Positions 19,666-29,089 of a stretch of 61,503 nt of DNA are shown here, in pieces. How positions within the stretch are numbered: position 1 is the first letter of the stretch; each line of letters opens with the position of its first letter. A program made the position numbers and the translations under genes. The stretch lies in assembly GCA_020348985.1 (NCBI GenBank), contig CP070761.1, forward strand, positions 1,459,646 through 1,521,148, in the 5' to 3' direction. Under the pieces are notes generated by a model. That model saw nothing but the letters and a program-made list of their open reading frames with translations, did no database searches and was not told the DNA's origin. Origin of the DNA: Candidatus Thorarchaeota archaeon. Lineage in GTDB: Archaea > Asgardarchaeota > Thorarchaeia > Thorarchaeales > Thorarchaeaceae.

Positions 19666-20169
19666 ATGCCAGAGAGACTAGAGTGCCTATTCTGTGGATA
19701 CCTCCATGATCTGGATTTAACTGAATGTACCAATTGTGGAGCCAGTCTTTCAGATGCCACAAGGAAGATAGCATGTGACAAATGTGGTAGCCCTTTACTC
19801 GAAGGAGCGGAGAAGGCCGGGGCATGCGTCACTTGTGGCAAGCCAGTACATCTCTGTGAGAAGCACAGAAGGAAAGTCGCAGAGGATGAGATATACTGCA
19901 AAGAGCACGAGTCTGAATGCTTCATAGTTACTGCCGTCTTTGGCACAACGCTTGATCCGCGTCTAGATATCCTACGAAGGTTCAGGGATGAGTGGTTGAG
20001 CAGCAATCTGCTTGGAAGGTCCGCGATCTCAATCTACTATTTTCTTTCTCCGCCTATCGCAAAAAGAACGCGCGGAAATGAAACACTCAGACGAATATTG
20101 AGAGCAACTGTTGTTGAGCCCGGTCTTGGTTTTGCAGAGGTTATGCTTGCAAAGGAAGATGAATCGTGA
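19666..20169 (+). CDS. Cys-rich Zn-ribbon protein with a CFI-box-CTERM domain
   Basis: Multiple CxxC/CxxH pairs followed by CFIVTAVFG...LRRFRDEWL...YYFLSPPIA. Confidence 0.75.
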   Translation: MPERLECLFCGYLHDLDLTECTNCGASLSDATRKIACDKCGSPLLEGAEKAGACVTCGKPVHLCEKHRRKVAEDEIYCKEHESECFIVTAVFGTTLDPRLDILRRFRDEWLSSNLLGRSAISIYYFLSPPIAKRTRGNETLRRILRATVVEPGLGFAEVMLAKEDES

Positions 20170-21085
20170 GAAGGTGGAGTATGAAATGAGAATTGGTCCC
20201 AAGGATTCTGCTATTCCGTATCCTCAAGCCATGATTCGGGGGAAGCTACGGCTGTGTGGTCTAGGTTCTGAAGATGCCAGCCATATATCCCAAGACGTGT
20301 TTTGGCAAGTGACTAGGTCCAACAGTGTTGAACTAGATATACTGAATGAAGCAACGCGAAATGTCATTGAGAGGAGACACACTTCACACGCCGAGGACTT
20401 TGACCTACTGGTTCAATACGATCGGCTTAGAAGAGAGACTGATATTGTCTCACCAGTAGTCCTCGTGCTAGAGGGCGCCTCTGCTACCGGGAAATCGCTG
20501 TTGGCCATGTCGATGATTGTGAATCTTGGAGCAACGAGATTCGTCAGTACTGACACGGTGAGACAAGTTCTTAGAAGTACTCTCAATGAAGACGATTACC
20601 CAGAGTTGTTCTGTCACACATATCAAGCCCATCACTACAAACAAGCAGGCGACAAGAAGCTAAGCCCTGTTGTAAGAGGATTCCTAGCACAAAATGATCT
20701 TATCCAGCCAACCTTGAACAGCACAATCAGCAGAGTCCTCCATGAGGGAGCCGAGGCTGTTATTGAAGGAGTTCACATAATACCAGGAACTCTGCAGCAG
20801 CTGGGACGCGGAGTCATAGAGGTTCTAATCAATCCAAGTGAAGGGGACCACTTTCGAATGTTCAGCACCAAACATGACGCTAGCGGCTTGAAATCCGTGA
20901 GTGCCGACGATAGACAAAGGAAGGACGAGTTTCAAAGCACCAGAATTATCCAGGAGTACTTGCTTGAACAAGCAGAAAGGAACCATGTTCCGGTCGTCCA
21001 CCTTGCCGACTACGAGACTTCAGAAACTGAGATCTGTCGTATTGTGATGGACCGGATTAGTGAACTTGTTGATTCTTTGCGCTGA
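20159..21085 (+). CDS. 2-phosphoglycerate kinase-like P-loop kinase
   Basis: GASATGKS, STDTVRQVLR, VIEGVHIIPG, H..MF and IQEYL motifs; ATP-cone-like N-terminus. Confidence 0.75.
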   Translation: MNREKVEYEMRIGPKDSAIPYPQAMIRGKLRLCGLGSEDASHISQDVFWQVTRSNSVELDILNEATRNVIERRHTSHAEDFDLLVQYDRLRRETDIVSPVVLVLEGASATGKSLLAMSMIVNLGATRFVSTDTVRQVLRSTLNEDDYPELFCHTYQAHHYKQAGDKKLSPVVRGFLAQNDLIQPTLNSTISRVLHEGAEAVIEGVHIIPGTLQQLGRGVIEVLINPSEGDHFRMFSTKHDASGLKSVSADDRQRKDEFQSTRIIQEYLLEQAERNHVPVVHLADYETSETEICRIVMDRISELVDSLR

Positions 21086-21201
21086 AAGGAGGAAGAGCTC
21101 GAAGAACTGCTGGTGACGGTTCCCTTTTGCGCGAAAGGACCTCTGAAATAACCATTAATATGCCGGGGATAAGTGAGAACCCGAGTGAGGCGGTTACATC
21201 C

Positions 21202-21735
21202 ATGAGACCTTATCTGTTCAAGCTCATTGCTCTAGGCGATGGCACTACAGGTAAGACCAGTCTCGTGAAGAGGTATACCGAGGGCACTTTCCAGCATGAC
21301 TACAAGGCCACCATTGGGGCAACATTCGCACTGAAGCACTTGGACTTCGAAATGGATAACGGTTCATCAGCCAAAGCCAAAGTTGTCGTATGGGACATAG
21401 CTGGACAACCATCATTTCGGGAAATGAGATCTAGATATATGGAGGGTGCTTCAATGGCGTTCATAGTCTTTGATGTGACTCGTCCTGATACATTCCTGAA
21501 TGTTGCGAATTGGTATGGAGCGCTTATGAAGAAATCCCCTGACTGTATTGTTGCGGCAGTGGCGAACAAGATTGATCTCACTGAAAGAGCTGTGCCTTCT
21601 GAGGTTGGTGGCGTTCTAGAGAACTGGATTGATGTGATCTATGTGGAGACGTCGGCTCTCACTGGAGAGAATGTCGATCATATGTTCTCTGAACTGGTCA
21701 AGAGAGCCGTCCAGAGATTCGGCCCTGAGAACTGA
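21202..21735 (+). CDS. Rab-like small GTPase (eukaryotic signature protein)
   Basis: G1 GDGTTGKTS, G2 YKATIG, G3 WDIAGQ, G4 NKID and G5 ETSAL; no C-terminal prenylation Cys. Start may be 21160. Confidence 0.92.
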   Translation: MRPYLFKLIALGDGTTGKTSLVKRYTEGTFQHDYKATIGATFALKHLDFEMDNGSSAKAKVVVWDIAGQPSFREMRSRYMEGASMAFIVFDVTRPDTFLNVANWYGALMKKSPDCIVAAVANKIDLTERAVPSEVGGVLENWIDVIYVETSALTGENVDHMFSELVKRAVQRFGPEN

Positions 21736-21786
21736 CACTTGATGTCTTCTCTTTCTGCGCATTCGACCTGTGCATATGTAGGGCGT

Positions 21787-23304
21787 CTATAGTCCCAGCA
21801 GTGCTGCAGCCGCTTCAAATGCGTAGTCGAGAACTGCACCGGGCAGGATGAACAGCGCGATGACTGCTACGACGCAGAAGATCACTGCTAGCAGTGGCAC
21901 ACGAGCCAGCCTTAGCTGCGAGCTGTCAATAGGCTCCACCATATAGCAGTACCTAAGCACTCTCAGATAGTAGCCGAGTGAGAAGACTGAATTTAGGAGG
22001 CCTATGAATGCGAGCCACCACATTCCCACTTCCACAGCGCTCTGAAACAGTATAAGCTTGGACCAGAATCCCGCAGTGAGTGGCATTCCAGCAAGAGCTA
22101 GCATGAGTAGTGAAAGCATCGCCGCAATGGCAGGTGCTCTCTTGGATAGCCCAGCGAGGTCATCATAGGTTATCGACTTGGCAAGCTTTAGCGACATAGC
22201 CCAGATGAGAATGAACGCACCAGTCTTCATCAGAGCGTGAGTGAACGCATGGAACATGGCGGCTGCAGCCCCTAATTGTGTGGCGGCGGCGACGCCGATG
22301 AACAGATACCCCATCATGGCAATCGAGGAGTAAGCGAACATCCTCATGATGTCACGTTGAGCTAGTGCCAGGACGTTTCCGATGATCATTGTCAGGATAG
22401 ACACGACGACAATCATCATCGACCAAACCGGCAGTCCTTCTCCAACCTTCGCTAGGATGAAGCCTACCATCAGTATTCTCACTAGAGCGCTTATGCCTGT
22501 CTTCTTCGTTGCTCCTGCAAGATATGCCACAACACTTCCGTCTGCTGTGGCGTAGGTGTCTGGTACCCACATCCAGCCTGGGAAGATACCAATCTTGAAA
22601 CCAAATGCAATTACAAACAGTATCATGGCCAATGTCAGCGGAAATGCAGCCTCACCAAGAGGAGCGACGTAGACTGTTCCAACAGTGCTTGCTAGTTGAG
22701 CAAGGGAGGTCTCTCCGGTCACTCCGTAGACAAGCGAAATACCAAAGACCATCAACATAGTCGAGAGGAGCCCCATTACGAAGTACTTGACTGCACCATC
22801 GACTGCACCCTTGTGCTTTCCAAGCGCTGCAAGCACGTAAGTTGGCGTTGACATGAGCTCCCACGCTATGAACAGTGCAACAAGGTCTGTTGCCATTACT
22901 ACCCATATTGCGCCTGCAAATGACATCAGGAGCAAGAAGTTGTATGTCCCTTCTGATCCTCCGTAAATCGTCGCCGACATGAGGACTAGGACAGCAACCA
23001 TCAGAATGATGTAGATGAAGAAGTCCGCAAAGGCACCTCTGACGAACAGACCCCCAAACGAGGTCCCATACACAGATGGATCAAATATCAACATCTCAAG
23101 TGTAGCAAGAATAACGCCAATGAAGCTCAGCCCGAGCGGATTGAACCTCAATCCCACAACCACCGCGATTAGTGAGAATACAACAAGTGTGATTGCCGGC
23201 AGGGATGCTATCCATTCCATGGGCACTACTGCAAGTATCAGGTCTCTCAAGGGTGTAAGTAGGAGTCGAAGCGAGTCGAGGATACTACTGAATAGCTGAA
23301 TCAT
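21787..23304 (-). CDS. nuoN: Complex I-like antiporter subunit NuoN
   Basis: DLVALFIAWELMS, GAVKYFVMG, GFKIGIFP..MWVPDTY and RMFAYSSIA; last gene of the operon. Confidence 0.9.
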   Translation of the reverse strand: MIQLFSSILDSLRLLLTPLRDLILAVVPMEWIASLPAITLVVFSLIAVVVGLRFNPLGLSFIGVILATLEMLIFDPSVYGTSFGGLFVRGAFADFFIYIILMVAVLVLMSATIYGGSEGTYNFLLLMSFAGAIWVVMATDLVALFIAWELMSTPTYVLAALGKHKGAVDGAVKYFVMGLLSTMLMVFGISLVYGVTGETSLAQLASTVGTVYVAPLGEAAFPLTLAMILFVIAFGFKIGIFPGWMWVPDTYATADGSVVAYLAGATKKTGISALVRILMVGFILAKVGEGLPVWSMMIVVVSILTMIIGNVLALAQRDIMRMFAYSSIAMMGYLFIGVAAATQLGAAAAMFHAFTHALMKTGAFILIWAMSLKLAKSITYDDLAGLSKRAPAIAAMLSLLMLALAGMPLTAGFWSKLILFQSAVEVGMWWLAFIGLLNSVFSLGYYLRVLRYCYMVEPIDSSQLRLARVPLLAVIFCVVAVIALFILPGAVLDYAFEAAAALLGL

Positions 23305-24848
23305 TATGGAACCACCCCTAGAATGACATTGACGATTGGTTCGATGTAGTCGAGTATCAGATCAGGCCAGAAGCCCAGCAATAGAACTGGAAGCATCATC
23401 AGGATTGGAGCAATCAGGTCACTCCACGGAGCCTCAGTCACTGGCCTTTCTTCCACAGGGTCGCTGAACACGATTCTGTTCAATGTCCATAGAAGGTACC
23501 CTACTGTCAGGAAGACTCCCAGTGCGATTAGAGATGCCCAGATGTATATCCTGACAGAGCCGAACAAGACGAGTGCCTCAGCAATGAAGCCGCTGAAGCC
23601 TGGCAGTCCGAAAGCGGCAAATGACGCAAGTATCAGAACCATTGACATCCTAGGCGCCCCTGCCATGAGACCCTTGACGTCTGGAATCTCTCGAGTTCCA
23701 GCGGCGTACTTGAGCTGGCCGGCCATGATGAACATCACTGATATTATCGTTCCATGTGAGAACATCATGAAGACAGCACCCATGATAGCAAAGCTAGCAA
23801 CACCCGCAAACTCAGGACTGCCGATTGCACCTGCAGCGACTGCAACTCCTAGCAAGACCCAAGCCATGTGGTTTATCGATGTGTACGCCACCATGCTCTT
23901 GAGATCAGTCTGGGCGAGTGCCGTGAATGCTGCGTAGATGCAAGTGAAGATGGCAAGGAGTGCAAATGGAATAGCAAGCCGAGCCATAGCTGCCGGGACA
24001 AGCCAAAGACCGAGTCTTATGAACGTGTAGCCGCCCATCTTCAGCAAGATGCCTGCCAGGATGACAGAGCCGGGGGTTGGTGCCTTCACATGCGCCCACG
24101 GTAGCCAGTTGTGTAGTGGCCAGACGGGGAGTTTGACACCGGCTCCCATGAAGACTGCGAGTGCGAATCCAATCTGGACCAGTGGTGCTAGGCTCAGCCC
24201 CTTCAGAACAACCATGTTGAAGGTGTTGCCTCCTAGGAAGAACAGTGCGAAGAAACCAACGAGCATTGCTGCCGAGCCCAGGTGAGTGTAAATGAAGAAC
24301 TTGACCGCTGCGTGTTCGCAACCTTCCTCACCCCATTGTCCAATTATGAAGAACATGGGTATGAGGACAAGCTCCCAGAACACGAAGAAGCTGATCAAGT
24401 CAAAAGACAGGAAGACTCCAAGGAGTCCGGTCTCCAGTAGAAGGAATAGTGCATAGTACGATCCCTGCTCCTTGTTGATGTGGTTTGAGCTTAGAGCTGC
24501 GATGAACACAACCAGGTTCGACAGGATGGCCATGACGATCGAGAGACCATCGACACCCAACAGGATCTGCAGAACCGGGGCACTCTCTCCGACGCCAAGG
24601 CGCCCCATCTCGAAGCCCCACCCGAAAACACCACCATTGGCGTCAACCTGTGCAGCCGGATCCATGGCCAGGGCAAGGATTATGGAATACAGAAGCTCGA
24701 AACCAGTTACAAGCAACGCGATGATTCTCGCACCTCTGCCCCGCACGATGGCGGCCAAGACTGCGCCTACTAGGGGGAGCACTATCAGTAGGAATAGCGG
24801 ATTGATTCCGAGCGCATCAATGAAATTCACTGCAAAGTCAAGTTGCAC
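23304..24848 (-). CDS. nuoM: Complex I-like antiporter subunit NuoM (M1)
   Basis: GVDGLS, FFVFWELVLIPMFFIIG.WG, KFFIYT, KLPVWPLHNWLP.AH, LLKMGGY, YTSINHM and GLPGFSGFIAE. Confidence 0.93.
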   Translation of the reverse strand: MQLDFAVNFIDALGINPLFLLIVLPLVGAVLAAIVRGRGARIIALLVTGFELLYSIILALAMDPAAQVDANGGVFGWGFEMGRLGVGESAPVLQILLGVDGLSIVMAILSNLVVFIAALSSNHINKEQGSYYALFLLLETGLLGVFLSFDLISFFVFWELVLIPMFFIIGQWGEEGCEHAAVKFFIYTHLGSAAMLVGFFALFFLGGNTFNMVVLKGLSLAPLVQIGFALAVFMGAGVKLPVWPLHNWLPWAHVKAPTPGSVILAGILLKMGGYTFIRLGLWLVPAAMARLAIPFALLAIFTCIYAAFTALAQTDLKSMVAYTSINHMAWVLLGVAVAAGAIGSPEFAGVASFAIMGAVFMMFSHGTIISVMFIMAGQLKYAAGTREIPDVKGLMAGAPRMSMVLILASFAAFGLPGFSGFIAEALVLFGSVRIYIWASLIALGVFLTVGYLLWTLNRIVFSDPVEERPVTEAPWSDLIAPILMMLPVLLLGFWPDLILDYIEPIVNVILGVVP

Positions 24849-24849
24849 T

Positions 24850-27120
24850 TCAGATCACCCCCAAGCTGATAAGAATGACAATGGCCAGCAACCCGATCCC
24901 GAAGATGAGCATCCCGACGTAGTCATTAATCATGCCAGTCTGAGCAGTCTGGCTAGACTCAGAGGCACTAACACTCTGAGTTGAGACACCCTCAGCGAAG
25001 CCGTCAACAACGTTGTCGTCGAACCATCTAACCTTCGTGGATATCGTGATGGCAGCACTTGCTGATCTGAAGTCGATTCCATCAATGATTCTATTGTCTA
25101 TCTTGACTCTATACCATTCTGCGAACCTAAGGAACTTGCCGAGAACCCAGTAGTAGAACTCGTTGATGTACCACCGGTGCTTCAGGAAGCTGTAGAGCTT
25201 GCGCCTGGCTCCTCCCTCTGGAATGACTGTGTTTGGAGCGTCTGCCCCTCTGACATAGATGATGTATCCAGGGATTCCGCCAAGTGCCAGTGCACCAAGT
25301 GTAATCACAAACGGTACTAGGCCAGGCATGGTCAGCTTAACCTCGACCATGTGAGACAACGTGTCAATCCACGCCGCTTCAGTTTGAAGTACAATGTTCT
25401 GAATGAACGGAAAGACGATGAATGCGATGATTGTGAAAGCAGCCAGGATGTACAGTGGAATCATCATCGCCGGACCGGGGTCGTGCGGAGTCGAACCATG
25501 AGAATCCTCAGAGTGGTCGCTCTCATGTTCTTCATTGTGTACGGCTGGTTCGTGGTCGTGATCATCGTGTCCTTCGTGGGGCTTGCCGTAGAACACAATA
25601 CCCATGAGTCTGATGCTGTAGAAGATTGTACAGGCAGCAGCCATCACAGCAAAGAAGAATAACAGTGATCCCATCTGATTGAGAAACACTCCTGCTTCGC
25701 CTGCTGCAGCAAGTTCGTAGGTGTACTCAATTATCGAATCCTTCGACCAGAAACCAGAGAATGGTGGTATGCCAGCCAGAGCCAAGACGCCTATCCACAT
25801 TACAGCGAAAGTCTTGGGCATGTGTTTCTTGAGACCGCCCATCTTTGTCATGTACTTCGTATGGACTGCATGTATGACTCCTCCTGCGGATAAGAACAAG
25901 AGTGCCTTGAATGCACCATGACTCACAACGTGTAAGACGCTCGACAAGTATGCTTCTTCACCCGCATGTAACAGATGAGAATCTGCGCCAATTAGAAGAC
26001 CTCCCACACCGATTGCTAGCATCATATAGCCAAGCTGACTCAGTGTCGAGAAGGCCAGTACCTGCTTCAGCTCATTTGATGTCATTCCCATCGTGGCGGT
26101 CATGAAGGCTGTAATCGCTCCAATGACTGCAATTACCAAGAAGAAGGTCTGTGCATCAGCGAGCGAGATGACTTGCAGTGCAGAGATTCCATGGTCTCCG
26201 TTGCCGCTCTCTGCAGTGGCCTCGACCATTGTTATCAAGAAACGGGCGCTGATGTAGACTCCTGCCTTGACCATTGTCGCGGCATGAATCAGAGCCGACA
26301 CTGAGGTCGGACCTGCCATAGCTTCAGGCAGCCATACCTGCAGCGGAGCCTGTCCGGACTTTCCGATTGCGCCCATGAAGATCAGCAGGAAGGTCGGAAT
26401 GAGCATCCCAGCCCCCACCATTGCCTGCCACCAGTGCTGAGCATTGTGTGCCATGTCGGTGAACGAGAATGTCCCTGTAAACATGAACAGAATGAGTATC
26501 CCTCCCAGCATGAAAGCGTCACCGATTCTGGTAACAACGAATGCCTTAGTTCCACAATGAGTGTTGTACTGGCCCTCAGTCTCGAACTGAAGCAGCGGGT
26601 TCTTGGCCTCGTAGCCCGTGGGATCAATCTCCGGTGGGTTCCTCTTGTCGTTCCAGAAGCCGATTAGACCATAGGAACAGAAGCCCATGATTTCCCAGCC
26701 GATGAATCCGATCAACAGGTTGTCACTCAATACGAGTGTGAGCATTCCGCCTCCGAAAGCAAGCATCAGGAAGAAGAAGCGGTTCCTGTCATCCTCATGC
26801 GCCATGTACTCGGTCGAGTAGACGTAGATGAGGAAACAGAGTGTGCTCGCAAGAACAGCCATCACAACTGACAGCGGGTCGAGAAGAACGCCGAACTCTA
26901 GATTCAGTGCCTCAACCCAGACCCAGCTTGTCTGTTGGGCAGTACTGCCTATGTCTGATAGCAGCGACCAACAAAGTATCATTGCGATACCCATGAAGAT
27001 TGCAGGAGTCCAATCCCTCACCTTCTCACTGTATCTACCAACCAACGGTACTAGTAGCGAACCTCCAAGGGGGAGCACAAGGATGAGCCAATAGGGTAGT
27101 CCGAACAGCATCTGATTCAC
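24850..27120 (-). CDS. nuoL: Complex I-like antiporter subunit NuoL (756 aa, extended)
   Basis: GWEIMGFCSY, TRIGD, GKSGQAPLQVWLPEAMAGPTSVSALIHAATMVKAGVY, STLSQLG, FKALLFL, GFWSKD and a C-terminal lateral helix ending QTG..DY. Confidence 0.95.
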   Translation of the reverse strand: MNQMLFGLPYWLILVLPLGGSLLVPLVGRYSEKVRDWTPAIFMGIAMILCWSLLSDIGSTAQQTSWVWVEALNLEFGVLLDPLSVVMAVLASTLCFLIYVYSTEYMAHEDDRNRFFFLMLAFGGGMLTLVLSDNLLIGFIGWEIMGFCSYGLIGFWNDKRNPPEIDPTGYEAKNPLLQFETEGQYNTHCGTKAFVVTRIGDAFMLGGILILFMFTGTFSFTDMAHNAQHWWQAMVGAGMLIPTFLLIFMGAIGKSGQAPLQVWLPEAMAGPTSVSALIHAATMVKAGVYISARFLITMVEATAESGNGDHGISALQVISLADAQTFFLVIAVIGAITAFMTATMGMTSNELKQVLAFSTLSQLGYMMLAIGVGGLLIGADSHLLHAGEEAYLSSVLHVVSHGAFKALLFLSAGGVIHAVHTKYMTKMGGLKKHMPKTFAVMWIGVLALAGIPPFSGFWSKDSIIEYTYELAAAGEAGVFLNQMGSLLFFFAVMAAACTIFYSIRLMGIVFYGKPHEGHDDHDHEPAVHNEEHESDHSEDSHGSTPHDPGPAMMIPLYILAAFTIIAFIVFPFIQNIVLQTEAAWIDTLSHMVEVKLTMPGLVPFVITLGALALGGIPGYIIYVRGADAPNTVIPEGGARRKLYSFLKHRWYINEFYYWVLGKFLRFAEWYRVKIDNRIIDGIDFRSASAAITISTKVRWFDDNVVDGFAEGVSTQSVSASESSQTAQTGMINDYVGMLIFGIGLLAIVILISLGVI

Positions 27121-27121
27121 C

Positions 27122-28657
27122 TCATGGAGTTGGAATTATGTTAGTCACTGCCTCCACTGCTGGCATGATTATGTCGACTGCCAGACCTGGGAAGATTCCG
27201 AAGATTACGATTAGTACACCCAGAATGATCTGGGGGATTGTCATAGAATTCGGACCCTCCTTCGCGTCCTCCAGGGAGTCTGGATGAGGGCCAAGGAACA
27301 CCTTCCAAAGATAACGCAGCATGTATCCTGCACTGACAATCGAGCTTGATACGGCAAGCACGGTCAGGATCAGGAATGGAAGGTCGCCTGTAGCCTGCCA
27401 TGTCTGGAATCCTCCTAGGAACATCATCCATTCGCTGGCGAAACCAGACAATGGAGGACTCCCAGCAATGCTCATTGCACCTATTGCAGCAGCAAAAGCT
27501 GTAATCGGCATCTTGTTTGAGAGACCTCCCATCAGGTTGATGTCCCTCAGGCCGGTTTGATGTATAACCGTTCCAGCCGTCATGAACAACAGGCCCTTTG
27601 AGAAGGCGTGATTGATGAGATGGAACATACCTCCTGCGGCGCCGTAGGTTGAGAAAACGCCTAGCGCAAACAGGACATAGCCCATCTGTGAAACTGATGA
27701 GTAAGCGAGAAGTCGCTTTATGTCAATCTGAGCAAGCGCCATGAAGCCACCATAGAACATGGTGATTACTCCCAGCGCGCTAATCAGGAAAGCGAGGTCT
27801 CTGGCTGCAGAGAAAAGCATGATATTGCCAAACCGCATCAAGGCGTAGGCACCGGTCTCAATCATTGCGCCTGAAAGGAGTACTGAGATTGGTGTTGGGG
27901 CTTCAGCGTGAACTGGTGGGAGCCACCAATGAATCGGGAAAACGGCCATCTTGACCAAGAAGCCTGCGGCCATCAGAATGAAGATGACTTTGATGAGTCC
28001 TGATGCTATGAGCTCCTGAATGAGAGGCCCTCCAGCAAACAGAATTGATTGAATGTCCGCGATAACGAAGCTCCCGGTGTAGAAGAACAGAAGACCGAAT
28101 CCAACCAGAATGGCTAGAGCTCCCGATTGTGTGTAGAGCCAGAACTTCATCGCCGTACGTCTCTTGGTCTCAGGCAATCCCCAGAATAGAATCAGGAAGT
28201 AGCTGGGTACAAGCATGAGCTCCCATGCGATGAAGAATTCGATGAGGTTCGTTGCCAACGTTACCCATTGCATGCCCATCAGGAAGAACAGCGTGTTGGC
28301 GAAGAACGTGGGCTTGTTGTGAGCGTGATCGGTATACCCTACCGCATAGACCACCGACAGAAATCCCAGAACAACAACAGCAAATGTGATCGGAAACGCT
28401 ATTCCGTCTAGGAAAAGACCAAACCCACCAAGAACCTCAGACCATTCTGCTTCTTCCAGGGCAACTCCACCTTCAACCATAACACGGTAGAATGGAGGCG
28501 CCATAAGCAGGGCTGCAAACCCAGAGATTCCCACTGAAATCTTTCCAGCACTGTTTCCCTCGGCAAATCGTCCTCTAAGAACATAGATGGCAAGTCCACC
28601 TAGGAATAGCACTGCCAGTGACAGGGTCATGAATGGGAACTCGAAAGTCTGCATCAT
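27122..28657 (-). CDS. nuoM: Additional NuoM-like antiporter subunit (M2)
   Basis: FFIAWELMLVPSYFLILFWG, MKFWLYT, VKMAVFPIHWWLP.VH.EAP, LAYSSVSQMG and GSPPLSGFASE; ATGA overlap with nuoI. Confidence 0.85.
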   Translation of the reverse strand: MMQTFEFPFMTLSLAVLFLGGLAIYVLRGRFAEGNSAGKISVGISGFAALLMAPPFYRVMVEGGVALEEAEWSEVLGGFGLFLDGIAFPITFAVVVLGFLSVVYAVGYTDHAHNKPTFFANTLFFLMGMQWVTLATNLIEFFIAWELMLVPSYFLILFWGLPETKRRTAMKFWLYTQSGALAILVGFGLLFFYTGSFVIADIQSILFAGGPLIQELIASGLIKVIFILMAAGFLVKMAVFPIHWWLPPVHAEAPTPISVLLSGAMIETGAYALMRFGNIMLFSAARDLAFLISALGVITMFYGGFMALAQIDIKRLLAYSSVSQMGYVLFALGVFSTYGAAGGMFHLINHAFSKGLLFMTAGTVIHQTGLRDINLMGGLSNKMPITAFAAAIGAMSIAGSPPLSGFASEWMMFLGGFQTWQATGDLPFLILTVLAVSSSIVSAGYMLRYLWKVFLGPHPDSLEDAKEGPNSMTIPQIILGVLIVIFGIFPGLAVDIIMPAVEAVTNIIPTP

Positions 28658-29085
28658 CGGAATCTTCTCCCTCGCCACTCAAGTGGGTCACGTTCAAGAG
28701 TCTCAATTTTGTCGGGGCCATAGAGGAGGTCGTCTCTTTCACCCTCGCTGAGGTCGACTATCGGTGTGTGGAATAGTGAATCGAAGCGACATGCTTCGAC
28801 ACATAGACCGCAGAAAATGCACCTTGAGTAGTCGAAGTATAGCGCTGCGTCCTTCTCGTACATCTTGTCCTCTTTGTCGATTCGAATTGCCACTACTGGA
28901 CAAGCACGTACACACTGTGAGCAAGCTGTACACTTCTCACGAATGTGGATGTGCCGACCCCTGGTTCGCTCAGGATAGTACCTGTCCTCGAAGGGGTAGA
29001 GGCTAGTGAAGGGTCTCACGAACACTTGTCTGAAGACATGTTTGAAGATTCTGAACATGTCGCCTAGTACGCTAAAGAACCCCAT
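28654..29085 (-). CDS. nuoI: NuoI, 2x[4Fe-4S] subunit
   Basis: T.LYP.E...RTRGRH, CTACSQCVRACP and CIFCGLCVEAC. Confidence 0.93.
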   Translation of the reverse strand: MGFFSVLGDMFRIFKHVFRQVFVRPFTSLYPFEDRYYPERTRGRHIHIREKCTACSQCVRACPVVAIRIDKEDKMYEKDAALYFDYSRCIFCGLCVEACRFDSLFHTPIVDLSEGERDDLLYGPDKIETLERDPLEWRGRRFR

Positions 29086-29089
29086 CTTT

